Below are positions 13,065 through 24,347 of a stretch of 64,000 nt of DNA, piece by piece. Under the pieces are notes generated by a model. It was not told the DNA's origin and made no database searches. It was given only the letters and a program-made list of their open reading frames with translations. This DNA is from the human T2T-CHM13v2.0 reference genome, Homo sapiens, in the NCBI RefSeq assembly GCF_009914755.1, contig NC_060947.1; one strand, written 5' to 3'. The translations under genes and the position numbers were made by a program. Positions within the stretch are counted from its first letter, which is position 1. Each line of letters begins with the position of its first letter.

Positions 13065-14059
13065 AGTTTTATATATAGAACCCTATTGAGCAGTAATTTG
13101 CAGCCTTCTGTCTGTGAGGGACCCCTTGGAAATCTACCAGAACTTGTGAATTCTCTTCTAACCATCAGCACAGACTCAGAGATAGTGGGCTCCCATTTCA
13201 GCAGGTTCCTGGGCAGGAATCCTGTCAGTAACAGAGATTCTGAGAGTTGGAGAATCTGGGAACCTCCAGATTCTAGACAGGCCCAGTGTTAAGGAGGTGC
13301 AGCTCTGCATCATAATCTCCTGGGGTGCTTGTTGAAAAATGCAGACTCCTTGGTCTCTCCCAAACCTGCGAAACTCCCACATGAGTTCTTAGTGAACTCC
13401 GCACCAACTTTCTCACCCAGTGATCCAGCCCTTACCCAAACCTGCCTGGGCTCCTTGGATGGCCCTGGGCTCTTTGCAATTTGCATAGCATCCCACCCCA
13501 CCCCCAATTTCGACCTTTGTATCCAGGCGATGTTACCTAAAGGAAGCTATACTTAAAATTTATTTCGATTTTTAGTAAGATGCCATGAATCTTCTTGGAG
13601 AAATGGGAACACAAAGCTTTCCTCAATTAAGTACAACAAACACTACAAAATCCCCTTCTGGTCTACCTTCTGGCTTTTTATAGAAAGGAAATAAGATAGA
13701 AACCCAAACAGAAAGAGACAGGTGCCCAGGCAAAGTGAGAGGAAACAGATGCCTTCCCACCCACACATACAGAAAAAGGCACACACAGACACAAATACCC
13801 CAAGAGAGACAGACTTTCCTGGTGAGACACCCTCTCTTTAGGCCCTTCAGGATTCTGCTACTTCGAGTAGCAGCCTGTTTGCTGCTTTGGGACGGGACGG
13901 GATGGGCCCACGTGGGGCCTTCACTTCCGCCTCCTGGCCTGTCAGGTGGAAAGAACATGAAGGCCAGGCTCAGCGTGGCCCAGGGCTTGGCTCAAGGGTT
14001 GCATCCTGGCCTGGCTAGGGTGGATCCAGATCGTGGCAGTATATATTCAGTTGAACCCT

Positions 14060-14100
14060 GTATCTGGCCCAGTTCAGTACATCCCCCAAAATGTGGGGGA
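14060..14100 (+). repeat. Second, partial copy of the intron-1 palindrome
   Basis: gtatctggcccagttcagtacatcccc (14060-14086) is identical to 12994-13020 and is followed by loop-like caaaatgt and ggggga. Confidence 0.95.
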
Positions 14101-14208
14101 CATGTTCCTGGGAGGTGCACACAGGTCTGCTTCTGTTCACCTGAATTATTGCAATCCAACAGATGGGGCCTTACCTGCCAGGCTGATCCCTTGGAGTAGT
14201 TCTGAGGC

Positions 14209-14239
14209 ATGATGAGTCATCCGTGTGTGTCTCTTTTGG
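14209..14239 (+). CDS. ZNF275: ZNF275 first coding exon (MMSHPCVSLL + G, phase 1)
   Basis: ATG at 14209; consensus donor G|GTAAGT at 14240; joins in frame to 23049; matches the recalled ZNF275 N-terminus. Confidence 0.85.
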
Positions 14240-16187
14240 GTAAGTCTGGGTGTTTATGCATGGTGTCTGCTGGCTTTGACGCTGGGCATGCTATCAGAAG
14301 ACCCTATAGGTGGGGTTACAACATGGTGAGGAGTATCGTTTTGGTTCCGGAAGCACTTATATTTTCATCTGTGCCACTGTTGCTGAACTGTCTTTGCCCA
14401 GAGACAGTTCTCTCAATCCAAGCAATACAACTCACAGGAGAAAAGATATTCAGGAAAGAGAATCTGGAGTCTAATCTCCCTTTTGGATGGGAGAGGGAGC
14501 TGAAGGCATCCATCTGAATTGGATCTTTTGTGAGTGGAAACCTTTGAAGACACCCGTTGCTCTGGCCTAGAACTGAGCAGAACACAAGCCACCTGTTGTC
14601 TTCTGGGTAAACTCAAGCTTTAGGGCCTGAGGACATTCTGCTCCAGGTCTTTATTTAGATGCTTCAGAGAGTCCAGGTGTTTCTGGCACCCCTTGGAAGC
14701 TTCTGGAACCTTCCAGAGGAGCCTTATTTGGGTGGTCTTGCTGCCTTTCCCCTGCCCAGGGAAGGACAGCGCACCTGTTAGAGAATGTTGCTTGGCTATT
14801 TGTGCGATAAAATCAGTTGAACGCTGGTCTTTAGGCTCAGAAGCTACCGTTAGCCAGTAGCCAAACATCCAGCAGTGAGGCAGGGATGTTCTTAATCCAA
14901 AGGCAACCAGAAAACATCTCATTATTACTACATTTTGTGACGTGGGTTGTTTTTTGTCTCTGTTGAGTTCAACTCTTCATTTCTGTTCTTCCACATCAAA
15001 GTGGAATGATTATTTTGAGACTCTTAGTGTTTTCTGTTTCCATGCAGTAAATTTGATTTAAATAAGTTGGTTAAAATTTACATTGTGATCTAAAGCACGT
15101 TAGCAGGAAGATTTGTTCACTCACATGAGCTTTCATGTTTTAGAAAGCATAATTTTTCAAATTATCAGGCAGTAGGTTGACATTGACATCACTATTTTCC
15201 ATTTATTCTAGCAGATGTTTGTTAAACAGCTGCAGTGTAATGGTGCTTGCCTAGGTCCAGTGTGCAATTCACAGCTGACCTTGACAGGGCCTTTGCTTTC
15301 TGGGAGTTTATAGTCTTTAGACTATCTTCAGATCCCATTGAAAGAAGGAGAGTAATACCACTTACGTTAAGGGTTGGAAATGTGTTTTTCCACAGTATTT
15401 CTTTGAGCTTTCATATTTCCCAGTTGTATGTAGGAGTGCACCCTATGAGATTCAGGACATGCTTTTGTGCTGTGAGTGAAAGTGCCTCACTTCAGGGTCA
15501 GCATTACCCTGTGTGTCCATTGGGTGTGCATTACAATGATTTTCATGTTCTGTCTGGAATTCCTTCGACCTTGATTCCCCAAGATCCACTGTCAGAAGGC
15601 AGTGGACACCTGCGTTTGTCACTTTTGTCACAGCATCCAGCTTCTTTTCCTGATTAGTTCCACCATTTTAAAATAGAAGAGTTGTGCAACATGGACCCTA
15701 AATGATCCGATTGTCTCTAGGATTGATGATAATTTTATTTTGAACTGCAGTAGGGATTAATGTGTTATCTTTTTTTAATGATCTTCCTTTGCTTCTCATG
15801 CAGCTCTTTTACCTGATATACTTGATTGATTAATTATGCAGAGTTTCGTTTCCTTTTGTGGAAGCAGGGCCCACTTCTTTCCTCCCATTTTTATGAGTAC
15901 CTTTTAAATGATCTCCGTGTCCAGGGCTCTGTCACTGTGGGTGGTGATCACGCAGCCACTGAGAGCTAAAGTACTCTCAGGCTAAGTCCCCTGCATGAGC
16001 TGCTACAGGAAGGGGCACTCCTGTTGCTGCACAGGAAAGGATTATTAACAATTCATTTGGGGGTTGTGGCTCCAGGATTTCAACAGTTAATCATGCCAAT
16101 TAAGTAAAAACACTTCAGTAGGATTTGCCCGATTAAGTTGAACACTTCAGGAGGATTCACTCAATTAAATGTGGGTGGCTTGGGAGG

Positions 16188-16189
<2 letters not shown>

Positions 16190-16246
<57 letters not shown>
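16190..16246. repeat. (TG)n microsatellite, ~28 units
   Basis: Read directly. Confidence 0.95.
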
Positions 16247-16252
<6 letters not shown>

Positions 16253-16920
16253 CAGAGAGAGACGAAGAAAGAGAGAGAGGAATGGCATGTCTCGTTGTGC
16301 AGTGAGGGCATGTTAACAGGATGGTTTAAAGGCAGCACCCAAACACCCATATATACCATTAGGCCTAGATGACACTAAGCCTCACCCCCAGTCTGTCTTC
16401 TGGCTGTGGCGTGGTGTTATAGGTTGGATATTATTTCACTCTTCTCTGGTGTGGTTTGAAAAGTCTCAAATCTTGGGAGCTAGATATTAAGCAAGTTTAC
16501 CTCTTGGAGCCCTGGTTTCCTTCTCTGTGAATGGAGGCGGTAATAACCGCAGGATGTGGTAAGTGAATTACAGGAAGGGAGATGCATGTCTCCAAACACG
16601 TGTAGTGCATGCTCCAGGGATGGAAGTGTGCTCCATTTAACATGCCCCTCCCCACACACATTGATTCAGTCACCCCGCAATTTATCACGTACCCACTCAG
16701 GGCCAGGAGCTGCTGCAGACACTGGGGACTCAGGAGTGACCAAGAATGAGAAAGTGCCCCTGCGCTGTTGGAGCTCCATATCTCCTGGGCACTGTCAGTT
16801 AGAAACAAGCAATTTCATTGGATAGTTTTTAGTTAGCAAAAGTGTTCCAAGTAGACTATGACGGGGACTAGAGAGTGAAGGCATTCTAAGGAGGTGACAT
16901 TAGAGTTGAGGCCTGATGTG

Positions 16921-17219
16921 GGCCAGGCGCAGTGGCTCACACCTGTAGTCTCAGCATTCGGAGATTGAGGTGGGAAGATGGCTTGAGCCCAGAAGTTCGA
17001 GACAGTCTAGGCAGCATAGTGAGACTCCATCTCTACAATTTTTTTTTTAAGTTAAAATATTAGCTGGGCATGGTGGCACGCAGCTGTAGTCCCAGCTACT
17101 CAGGAGGCTGAGGCGGGAGGTTCACAAGCTTGGGAGGTTGAGGCTGCAGTGAGCTGTGATGGCACCACTACACTCCAGCCTGGGTGACAGAGTGAGACCC
17201 TGTCTCAGAAAAATAAAAA
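16921..17219 (+). mobile_element. Alu (J-like)
   Basis: ggccaggcgcagtggctcac...actccagcctgggtgacagagtgagaccctgtctc plus A tail; TSD tagagttg(a/g)ggcctga. Confidence 0.92.
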
Positions 17220-18559
17220 TAGAGTTGGGGCCTGAATTCTCAGAAGGAGCCATCCATGAGAAGCCCATGGTATTCTCAGCAGTTTCAGAGGCCTTGAAGG
17301 CCACAGTCTTGGCCTATCGAGGATTGAATGAAGGCCAGTGTGTCTGGATGTCACTGCGATGTGGCAGGGCAAGATAAGGAATTGGGGGGCTGGGCCAGGG
17401 CATTGTCAGAAGGCTAAGTTCTTAGGTCTCTGGCCTGAGGTCAGCGAGAAGAGGTCTCTAACAGGTCCTCTTTCTCAGAAGGTGTATCCACAATATCCCC
17501 CTCTACATTCTGTTTGGCAGCCAAACGTCAATGTCAATTGGAAGTGAATTTTTTTAAATGAATTGTGTAAGTAATTCATGACCAGTTCATTTTGTACTGG
17601 AAGCCAAAGTCAAATCAGACATCGAATGTATACCAGAGGAATCCAACGGACCAGCAGGGCCCTGCCCGGGTGACAGTGGGACAGAGAGGGTGTGGCTGCT
17701 GAGCACCCGAGGATGAACACGATCTCACACTGGGGAAGCCCCTGTGCCAGACAGCCAGTTAAAGATGGGAATGGGGCTGCCTTGGACTCTGGGGCTAGAT
17801 GAGGCCTTCTGCCCGCACTTCTTAGGTGCTGATAGCTTGCAGGGAGGAGCCCAGGAAGTCACAACCCCAGGGGCCTGTCTCTAGGCTTTCTGGTCATTTC
17901 CCTTCATGGACCGCCCATAGATTCCTGCCAGCCCTTCTCCCCTGCACTTGCCTTGCTGTGTAGGGATCCCAGGAAATGCTGGGTTTTTTACCCAAGCAGA
18001 AGGGCTGCTCCCCATTGACTCCTTGGCCTCAGCCCTTGGCTTCTCACATGCTGAGCAGCTTTCTTACTCAAAGTCTTTTAAAAGCAAAATATTTTACAAT
18101 TGTTATGCTTTTCTGATACCAAGAAAATTCAGCTTGGTTACTAAAAATTCTCACATTACAGAAAAAGAAAGCAGATCTTTCTAGACCTTGACTCTCCCCA
18201 ACTCCAACCCCATGTGGTCACATACACATTAGAGATGTGCTTATTCTAGCTACAAGTCACTCTCACTTTTTTCCTTTTTTCTCCTAAAATGCAAATATAT
18301 ACTTAGCCATCTCCTCCCCTCCCCTTCCCTTACCCTCTTTAGGTTTTCAAGGGAGAAGTAACTATGTCTGCCTGTATCATCTACGAAGGATTCACATTTT
18401 TGTCATCTGCAGCACATCATCCTACGTTGGCACCTGTTGGTTTTATATTGAAACCCTCCAGTTTTCTTCCTGCTGAGTTCTAGGACTCTGGTAGTGTCTC
18501 CAGAGCTCTTAGCCACATCTGTCATTCATTCTTTCCCCCACTTTTTTATGACATTGGGA

Positions 18560-20750
18560 TTTTTTAGACTCTTTCTGTTGGTTCTAGTATCATGTTTTCC
18601 ATTCTCCATCTGTTTACTTTTAACTTATCTGTGTCTTTATATTTAAAGTTTCTTGTAGACAGTATGTCTTGTTTTTATTACAGCCTGACAATCTCTGCCT
18701 TTTGATCGAAGTGTTTAGTCCATTTACACTTACCTTAACTATCCACGTGGTTGGGTTTAAGTTTACCATCTTGCTATTTGTTTTTATTTGCCTCTTCCAT
18801 TCTTTTTTCCCCTCTTTTTCTTTACCTTTCTTCTTTCAGATTATTTTTAGTACATATTTGATCTCTGCTGTTGGCTTATTAGCATGTATCAGAGTCTTGG
18901 AGGACTTGTCAGAACACACAATCATATGTTTTACTTCTGATGTTATAAACCCCACACTACCTTTTTATTACTTTTGCTTTAAATGATTAATTGTTTTTTA
19001 AAAGATTTAAAAGTGAGGTGGGTAAAAGCATTGTATATTTCCCCACATATTTACATTCCTGGTGTTCTTCATGCCTTTGTGTAGATCCATCTTTCCACCT
19101 ACTATCATTTTCCTTCAACCCGAAAGATTTCCTTTAGTATTTCCTATAATAGAGATCTGCTGGTGATGAATTCTCTTAGCTTTTGTCTGAAAACAAACTT
19201 TATTTTGCCTTCATTTTGGAAGGAAATTTTCCTTGAATATAGAATTCTAAGTTGACAGTTTTGTTTTTCTTTTAGCACTTTAAAAATGTCATGCACTGGT
19301 TTTCTGACTTGCACATTCTCTGATAAGAAGTTAGTAATTACTCTTTGCTCCTCTCCACGCAGCAACATCATTTCTTTCCTCTGGCTATTTGAAGACTTTC
19401 TCTTTATCACTGGTTTTACAGCAGTCTGATTATTATGGGTCTTTTAAAGTCTTGCTAGGGGTTGATTGACTTTCTTGGACGTGTGAGCTTACAGTTTTCA
19501 TCAAATTTGGAAAACTGTCCTGCCATTATTTCTTCAACTGTATTTTTCATCCCTCCCCCCACTTTTCCTCACCTTCTCAGGTTCCAGTTATGTAGGTGTT
19601 AGACCACTTTCTCTTACCCCAGGTCATTAAGATGCTGTTTGTTTTTAAAAACTCTTTTTCTCTCTGAGCTTCATTTGAGATCATTTCTATTGCTATGTCA
19701 TCAAGTTCTCTAATTTTTTTGTGTGGTATCTAATCTGCTGTTAATCACATCTAGTAAAATTTTCACTTTAAATATCATAGTTCCCACCTCCAGAAGTTCC
19801 ATTTGGTTCTTTTTATATCTTCTATTTCTCTCACTATATTCCTGTTTTTCTTTTAATGCTTGTACATCATTAAACTCGCTGTTATCCTTGTCTGTGAGTC
19901 ATCACTGGTCATTTCTGTGTGTTTTTATTAACTGATTATTCTCCTTGTCCTGGCCACATTTCTGTGCTTTTTGGCGTTTCAGTAACTTCTGATTGGATGT
20001 TGGGTATTATAAAGATTATATTATTGAGTGTCTGGATTTGGGGTGGTAGTTACTTGTGGATCAGTATGATCCCTTTGAGGCCTATTTTTAAGCTTTCTTT
20101 GAGACAGGTCTTTTGTAGCTTTGGCTCTAGGAATAGATCAGCCCTACTACTAAGGCCTCTGGATTCTCTGCTGCATGTCCCAGGTGATCACAGAGGACTC
20201 TCTATACTGGTTGATCAGACCTTGAATGTCTCCCTACCTTTGTGTGTCCTGAGAATTGTTCAGCTTACAGCTTCCTGGTCACCCTTTTCCTGGGCTTTTG
20301 GAGTTTCACTCTATGCATGCATGGGCCTAGTAGTCAGGAAAGACTCAAGGGGAGGCTTATACAGATTTTTTGAAGCTCTTTTTACTGCATAACTAACTCC
20401 TTTCTGGAACTCTGCTCTGCAACTTCCAGCTGCCTCAGCTGCTCTGAATGCTGGCCTGTGTCTCCTCAACTTGGCGAAGCCACTAAGCTCTATTTGGTTC
20501 TCGCCCACCCCAACACACAGTCTCGATCTGGAAATTGCCTCCAGGCAGAGAGCTGGGGCAATGATAGGGCTCCCGTCATCTGTTTCTCTTCTCTTGGGGA
20601 TCATGATTCTGTGCTTCCTGCTGTCCAGTGTCTGAAAACTTGTTTCACATATATTTTCTCCATTTTTTTCTACTTATTTATGGCACGATGTGAAATCTGT
20701 TCCTTGTTACTCCATCGCAGCCAAACGTGGAAGTTTCTGTCCATTCTTTT
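18560..20750 (-). mobile_element. Old L1M (ORF1 and 5' region), antisense in intron 2
   Basis: Minus ORF 19144-19410 DIFKVLKEKQNCQLRILYSRKISFQNEGKIK..RQKLREFITSR is the L1 ORF1p C-terminal domain; boundaries approximate. Confidence 0.8.
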
Positions 20751-21650
20751 TCACATAACATCTTTAATTTTATATAAGAGTCTTTCTGGAGTAGCTGGAT
20801 TTTGTGGGCCTTGAGCCAGTGTAAGAGCCTTCCTTTTCACTGAATTATGAGTTGAATTGAATTGAATTGTCATCACAACAGGAACTGTGTAGCTGTTTCT
20901 TAGAATTCACTGAAGTGGGAGGCCTGTGATGCACGGATGCCGGTGGTTGAATCTTTCACATATTTTGCAATTTGGAAGAAGAAGATAATTTGTACAAATC
21001 ATTCAGCTCTTTTATTTAACAATTTAGTGTTTGAAGATCTTTTCTTTGAGGCTTATTTTTCCAGCTGTTTTGTTCCACTTTTCATTTGGGTTGAACACGT
21101 TAGAGAACTGCTGTCATGTGTACCTGTCTTGCTGTCACCGGGCTCCTTGTGTCAGTGGGCTGTGGCTTTTAAGGGCCTCACTGCTGGTCTAGAAGCCCCC
21201 ATTCCTGCTCTCTTCCCTCCAGCATCTTCATCCGGTTTTTTGTTGCCTCTACAAAGTTGGAAAGGGTCTCTCATTTCCTGGTTATTTCTTCTGATGATCT
21301 TGGTGTGCCTCCTTCCTGTGCAGCATCAGCATGGACTTCTAGGCTTGCCAGTCTCCCTGCCCTTGGCTTTCTGTCTAGGTCTGTCTTCTCCTAGCTGTGC
21401 CTGGGCTGGCATCTGCTGGTCTTGTCTTGGCTCCCTCTGGCCTGCCTCTGTTCATTCTTTGCCAGGCTACTTTCCCCATTGTTCAAGATGTGTTTTCTCA
21501 GGCATCTCCGTGCCCTGGCTTGTCATTCAGCCAGCATGTGAGAGAAGACTCAACAAGATCAGAAACCAAGGAAGAAGAAATCACCAGTCTCTTCCCAGGG
21601 GATCCAGGGACAGGGCTGTCGTCACTCATGGCCTTTTTCACTTTCTTTAG

Positions 21651-21741
21651 TTCCACCTACTCCCCAAGGTCTTACCCTCCCCAGGATGGAGCCCCAGGAA
21701 ACCAGGTCCTGGCAGTCCCTCTTGAGATGCCAGAGGCCTAG
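21651..21741 (+). pseudogene. Fossil pre-KRAB linker exon (ZKSCAN-type), disabled
   Basis: Acceptor tttttcactttctttag|, donor |GTGAGC; reads VPPTPQGLTLP / QDGAPGNQVLAVPLEMPEA* with a 1-nt frameshift and a terminal TAG where CAG is expected. Confidence 0.6.
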
Positions 21742-22199
21742 GTGAGCTGTGCTTCCCTCTGCCTTGCTTGGGATTCTCTCACCGCTCCCTGAATCTGGCC
21801 TCAGCCTCTGTCTCTTGCCCCAGCATGACACACGGCAGAGTATGAACCCCAGCTGCTGCCTTCCTACCCTCCCTCTGCTTCTCTTCTGGAGGCTGCCAAG
21901 GATTGGATGTCCACTGGGCTTGGAGTTCCAATCATCCAGGTGGGGAAGCTGAGTTTCCATCCAGGAAAGTGATTGAATGGAGGTCCCTTGGAAAGACGAG
22001 AGGCCAGGTCCATGGCCCAGGGATCCTAGTGCTTGATCAGGTTCTCTTTTCAGGACTTCTTGGAGCTGTGGTTAGGCCTCCATGTTAGCAACAGACACCC
22101 ACTCCAGACCCTCACCTCTTGACCCTGGCATTACTGGCGCTGCCCCTGCCTCATTCTAAAATAGATGGAAAGACTGATGAGCCCTGGGAATTCTTTCAG

Positions 22200-22308
22200 G
22201 ATTTGGTGACATTTGATGATGTGGCATGGTACCTCACCACAAGGGAGTGGTTTAAGCTGGACCCTGAACAGAGGGCACTGGAATATTATGGGAACGTGAC
22301 CTCTGTGG
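22200..22308 (+). pseudogene. Degenerate KRAB-A exon of ZNF275
   Basis: ttctttcag| [37 protein letters not shown] |GTAAGG; 109 nt equals the usual 127-nt KRAB-A exon minus 18 nt; phase 0 to phase 1. Confidence 0.88.
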
Positions 22309-23048
22309 GTAAGGATGTCCCAGCCCTTCCTCAAATTCACCACCTTCTTGGAGTGGGGCAGGGGACACATGGCTACCCCCACAGAAGCTCACCTTCTCCC
22401 TGGGTTGTGGGGAAACACAATGGGTCTGCCACACCTGATATGTCAGAGTAGTATGAGCTCCCCCAACTCCTCTTGGCATGGAAAGAACCCCTCTCAGTCT
22501 TTTACTGGGAAAGAAATTAGAACACTGCCACTGTAATGTAGAATGCCCTTTTCATTTTAATGCACAAATTATGCAAATTGCATGGCCATTTGGTTTGAGT
22601 TTATTTGTGAGAAAGGTTGACGTGATCAAGATCTTGTTCACCCATTAGGGGTCTGCATGTGTGCAGTGGGGAGGAGGTTTTAGGAGGAGAGACGTTGGGA
22701 GTCAGATTTGGGAGCTGTCGAAGTCCACGTGTCTGGGAAGAGCATGAAGTTAAATGTGTGAGCTCTGAGTGGGTGGACAGAGAGAAGACAGGGTGAAGAT
22801 CACCTCCTCAGGGTGGCCACTTGATACTCCACAGAGCCTCCCCAAGGTGGGCCCAGAGGCTGCCTTCCTCAAGCTCCTGGAAGGAGCCTGACCTTGGGAA
22901 ACACCTTTGAACTGAATGAATGACTTGCCTAAAGCCTGGTCTTTGAAGATTGAAGGGGGTTCCCCTTCAAAGGCCTTGCCTATGTTCCTCCACTATTCTC
23001 ATGTCATCTCTGGCTGTTGCCATAACCAATCTCCTTTCCCATGAGCAG

Positions 23049-23150
23049 GCGTTCCTGTTTTAAATCCTGCCTTGGTCCCTCACCTGGCACAAGGACAAGT
23101 GCTACTGGTGTCAGACCCATCGCCCAACACTGATCCTGCTAAGTACTCTG
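23049..23150 (+). CDS. ZNF275: ZNF275 internal coding exon (diverged KRAB-B-like: GVPVLNPALVPHLAQGQVLLVSDPSPNTDPAKYS)
   Basis: Acceptor tttcccatgagcag|, donor |GTGAGT at 23151; 102 nt, phase 1 to 1, open frame. Confidence 0.88.
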
Positions 23151-23210
23151 GTGAGTGAAAAAGAAATGTGAGGAAATTGGGGGAGACCCAACCAAGCTGC
23201 TATGGGGCAT

Positions 23211-24108
23211 GGGTTAGGGTTGGAGAGCCCAGCTGAGCTGTTAGGCTTCAGGTTAGGGTTGGGGGTCCCAGCTGAGCTCTTGGAGTTGAGGTTAGGGTTT
23301 GGGGGCCCTGCTGAGCTCTTGGGCTTGAGGTTAGGGTTGAGAGAAACAGCTGATCTCTCAGGGGTTTGGGTTAGGGTTGGGGGCCCAGCTGAGCTCTTGG
23401 GGTTGAGGTTAGGGTTGAGAGGATCAGCTGGCCTCTTGGAGGTTTTGAGTTAGAGTTGGGGGGTTCCAGCTGAGCTCTTGGGTTCGGGTTAGGGTTGAGG
23501 GACCCAGCTGAGCTCTTGGGGTTGAGGTTAGGGTTAGGGGGTCCAGCTGAACTTCTGAGGTTGAGGTTACGAGTAGAGGGGCCCATTTGGGCTCCTGGGG
23601 TTGAGGTTAGGATTGAGAGGATCAGCTGGGCTCTCTGGGCATTCAGGTTAAAGTTAGGACCCCAGCTGAGCTCTTGGGGTTGAGGTTAAGTTTGGGAGCC
23701 CTGCTGAGTTCTTGGGGTTGAAGTTAGGGTTGGGGGGCCCAGCTGAGCTCTTGGAGTTGAAGTTAAGGTTGGGAGGGCTCAGCTGAGCTTTTGGGGTTCT
23801 AGTTAGTGTTTGGGGCCCCAGCTGAGCTCTTGACGGTGAGGTTAGGGTTGAGAGGATCAGCAGGGCCCTTTGGAGATTCGGGTTATGTTTGGAGATCCCA
23901 GCTGAGCTCTTGGAGTTACAGTTAGGGTTGGGGGTCCCAGCTGAGCTTTTGGAGTTCTAGTTAGGGTTTGGGGCCCCAGCTGAGCTCTTGATGGTGAGGT
24001 TAGGTTGAGGATCAGCAGGGCCCTTTGGAGATTCAAGTTATGTTTGGGGATCCCAGCTGAGCTCTTGGGGTTGAGGTTAGGGTTGGGGGACCCAGCTGAG
24101 CCTTTGGG
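23211..24108 (+). repeat. GC-rich minisatellite, ~38-39-bp unit, with telomere-like hexamers
   Basis: Consensus CCCAGCTGAGCTC-TTGGGG-TTGAGG-TTAGGG-TTGGGGG; roughly 23 diverged units. Confidence 0.92.
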
Positions 24109-24347
24109 GACGTGTGTGGCTGCTCTCTGGTCACAGAAGGGGTGACCTCCTCAGCACCACTGTGGTAGAGAGTGTCCAGAATGAGGTCCCTCTGCCCCTG
24201 GCTTCTGCAGTCCTTGCTTCTGGTGGCTTCCGGGCCCAGGCCCCGTGCTCAGTGGCTGTCTCAGAAAGAAAAAGATTCTTGACAAAGGAGAGGCCCTTCC
24301 CTCCTTCATCCTCTGCAGACTACACTGCCTTGTGTTTATCGTTTCAG

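Noticed and set aside
16099-16163. Two diverged ~32-bp tandem copies (attaagt..aacacttcag.aggatt)
   Set aside because: Ordinary small tandem duplication with no further signal.
17801-17860. EAFCPHFL...GGAQEV, faintly like the start of a SCAN domain (EAFRQRFR...GPQEA)
   Set aside because: Too short and weak; the SCAN core (LC..WL.PE..TKEQILELLVLEQFL) is not visible. A profile search would be needed.
20937-21650. 237-aa hydrophobic ORF in intron 2
   Set aside because: Translation of pyrimidine-rich intronic sequence; no recognisable domain or exon structure.
23211-24108. CRISPR array or true interstitial telomere
   Set aside because: Units are contiguous without unique spacers, there are no cas genes, the context is eukaryotic, and there are never more than two consecutive perfect TTAGGG.
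24245-24347. N-terminal extension of the 419-aa ORF (MLSGCLRK...)
   Set aside because: Starts at GTG in intron 3; the real frame enters through the acceptor at 24347.
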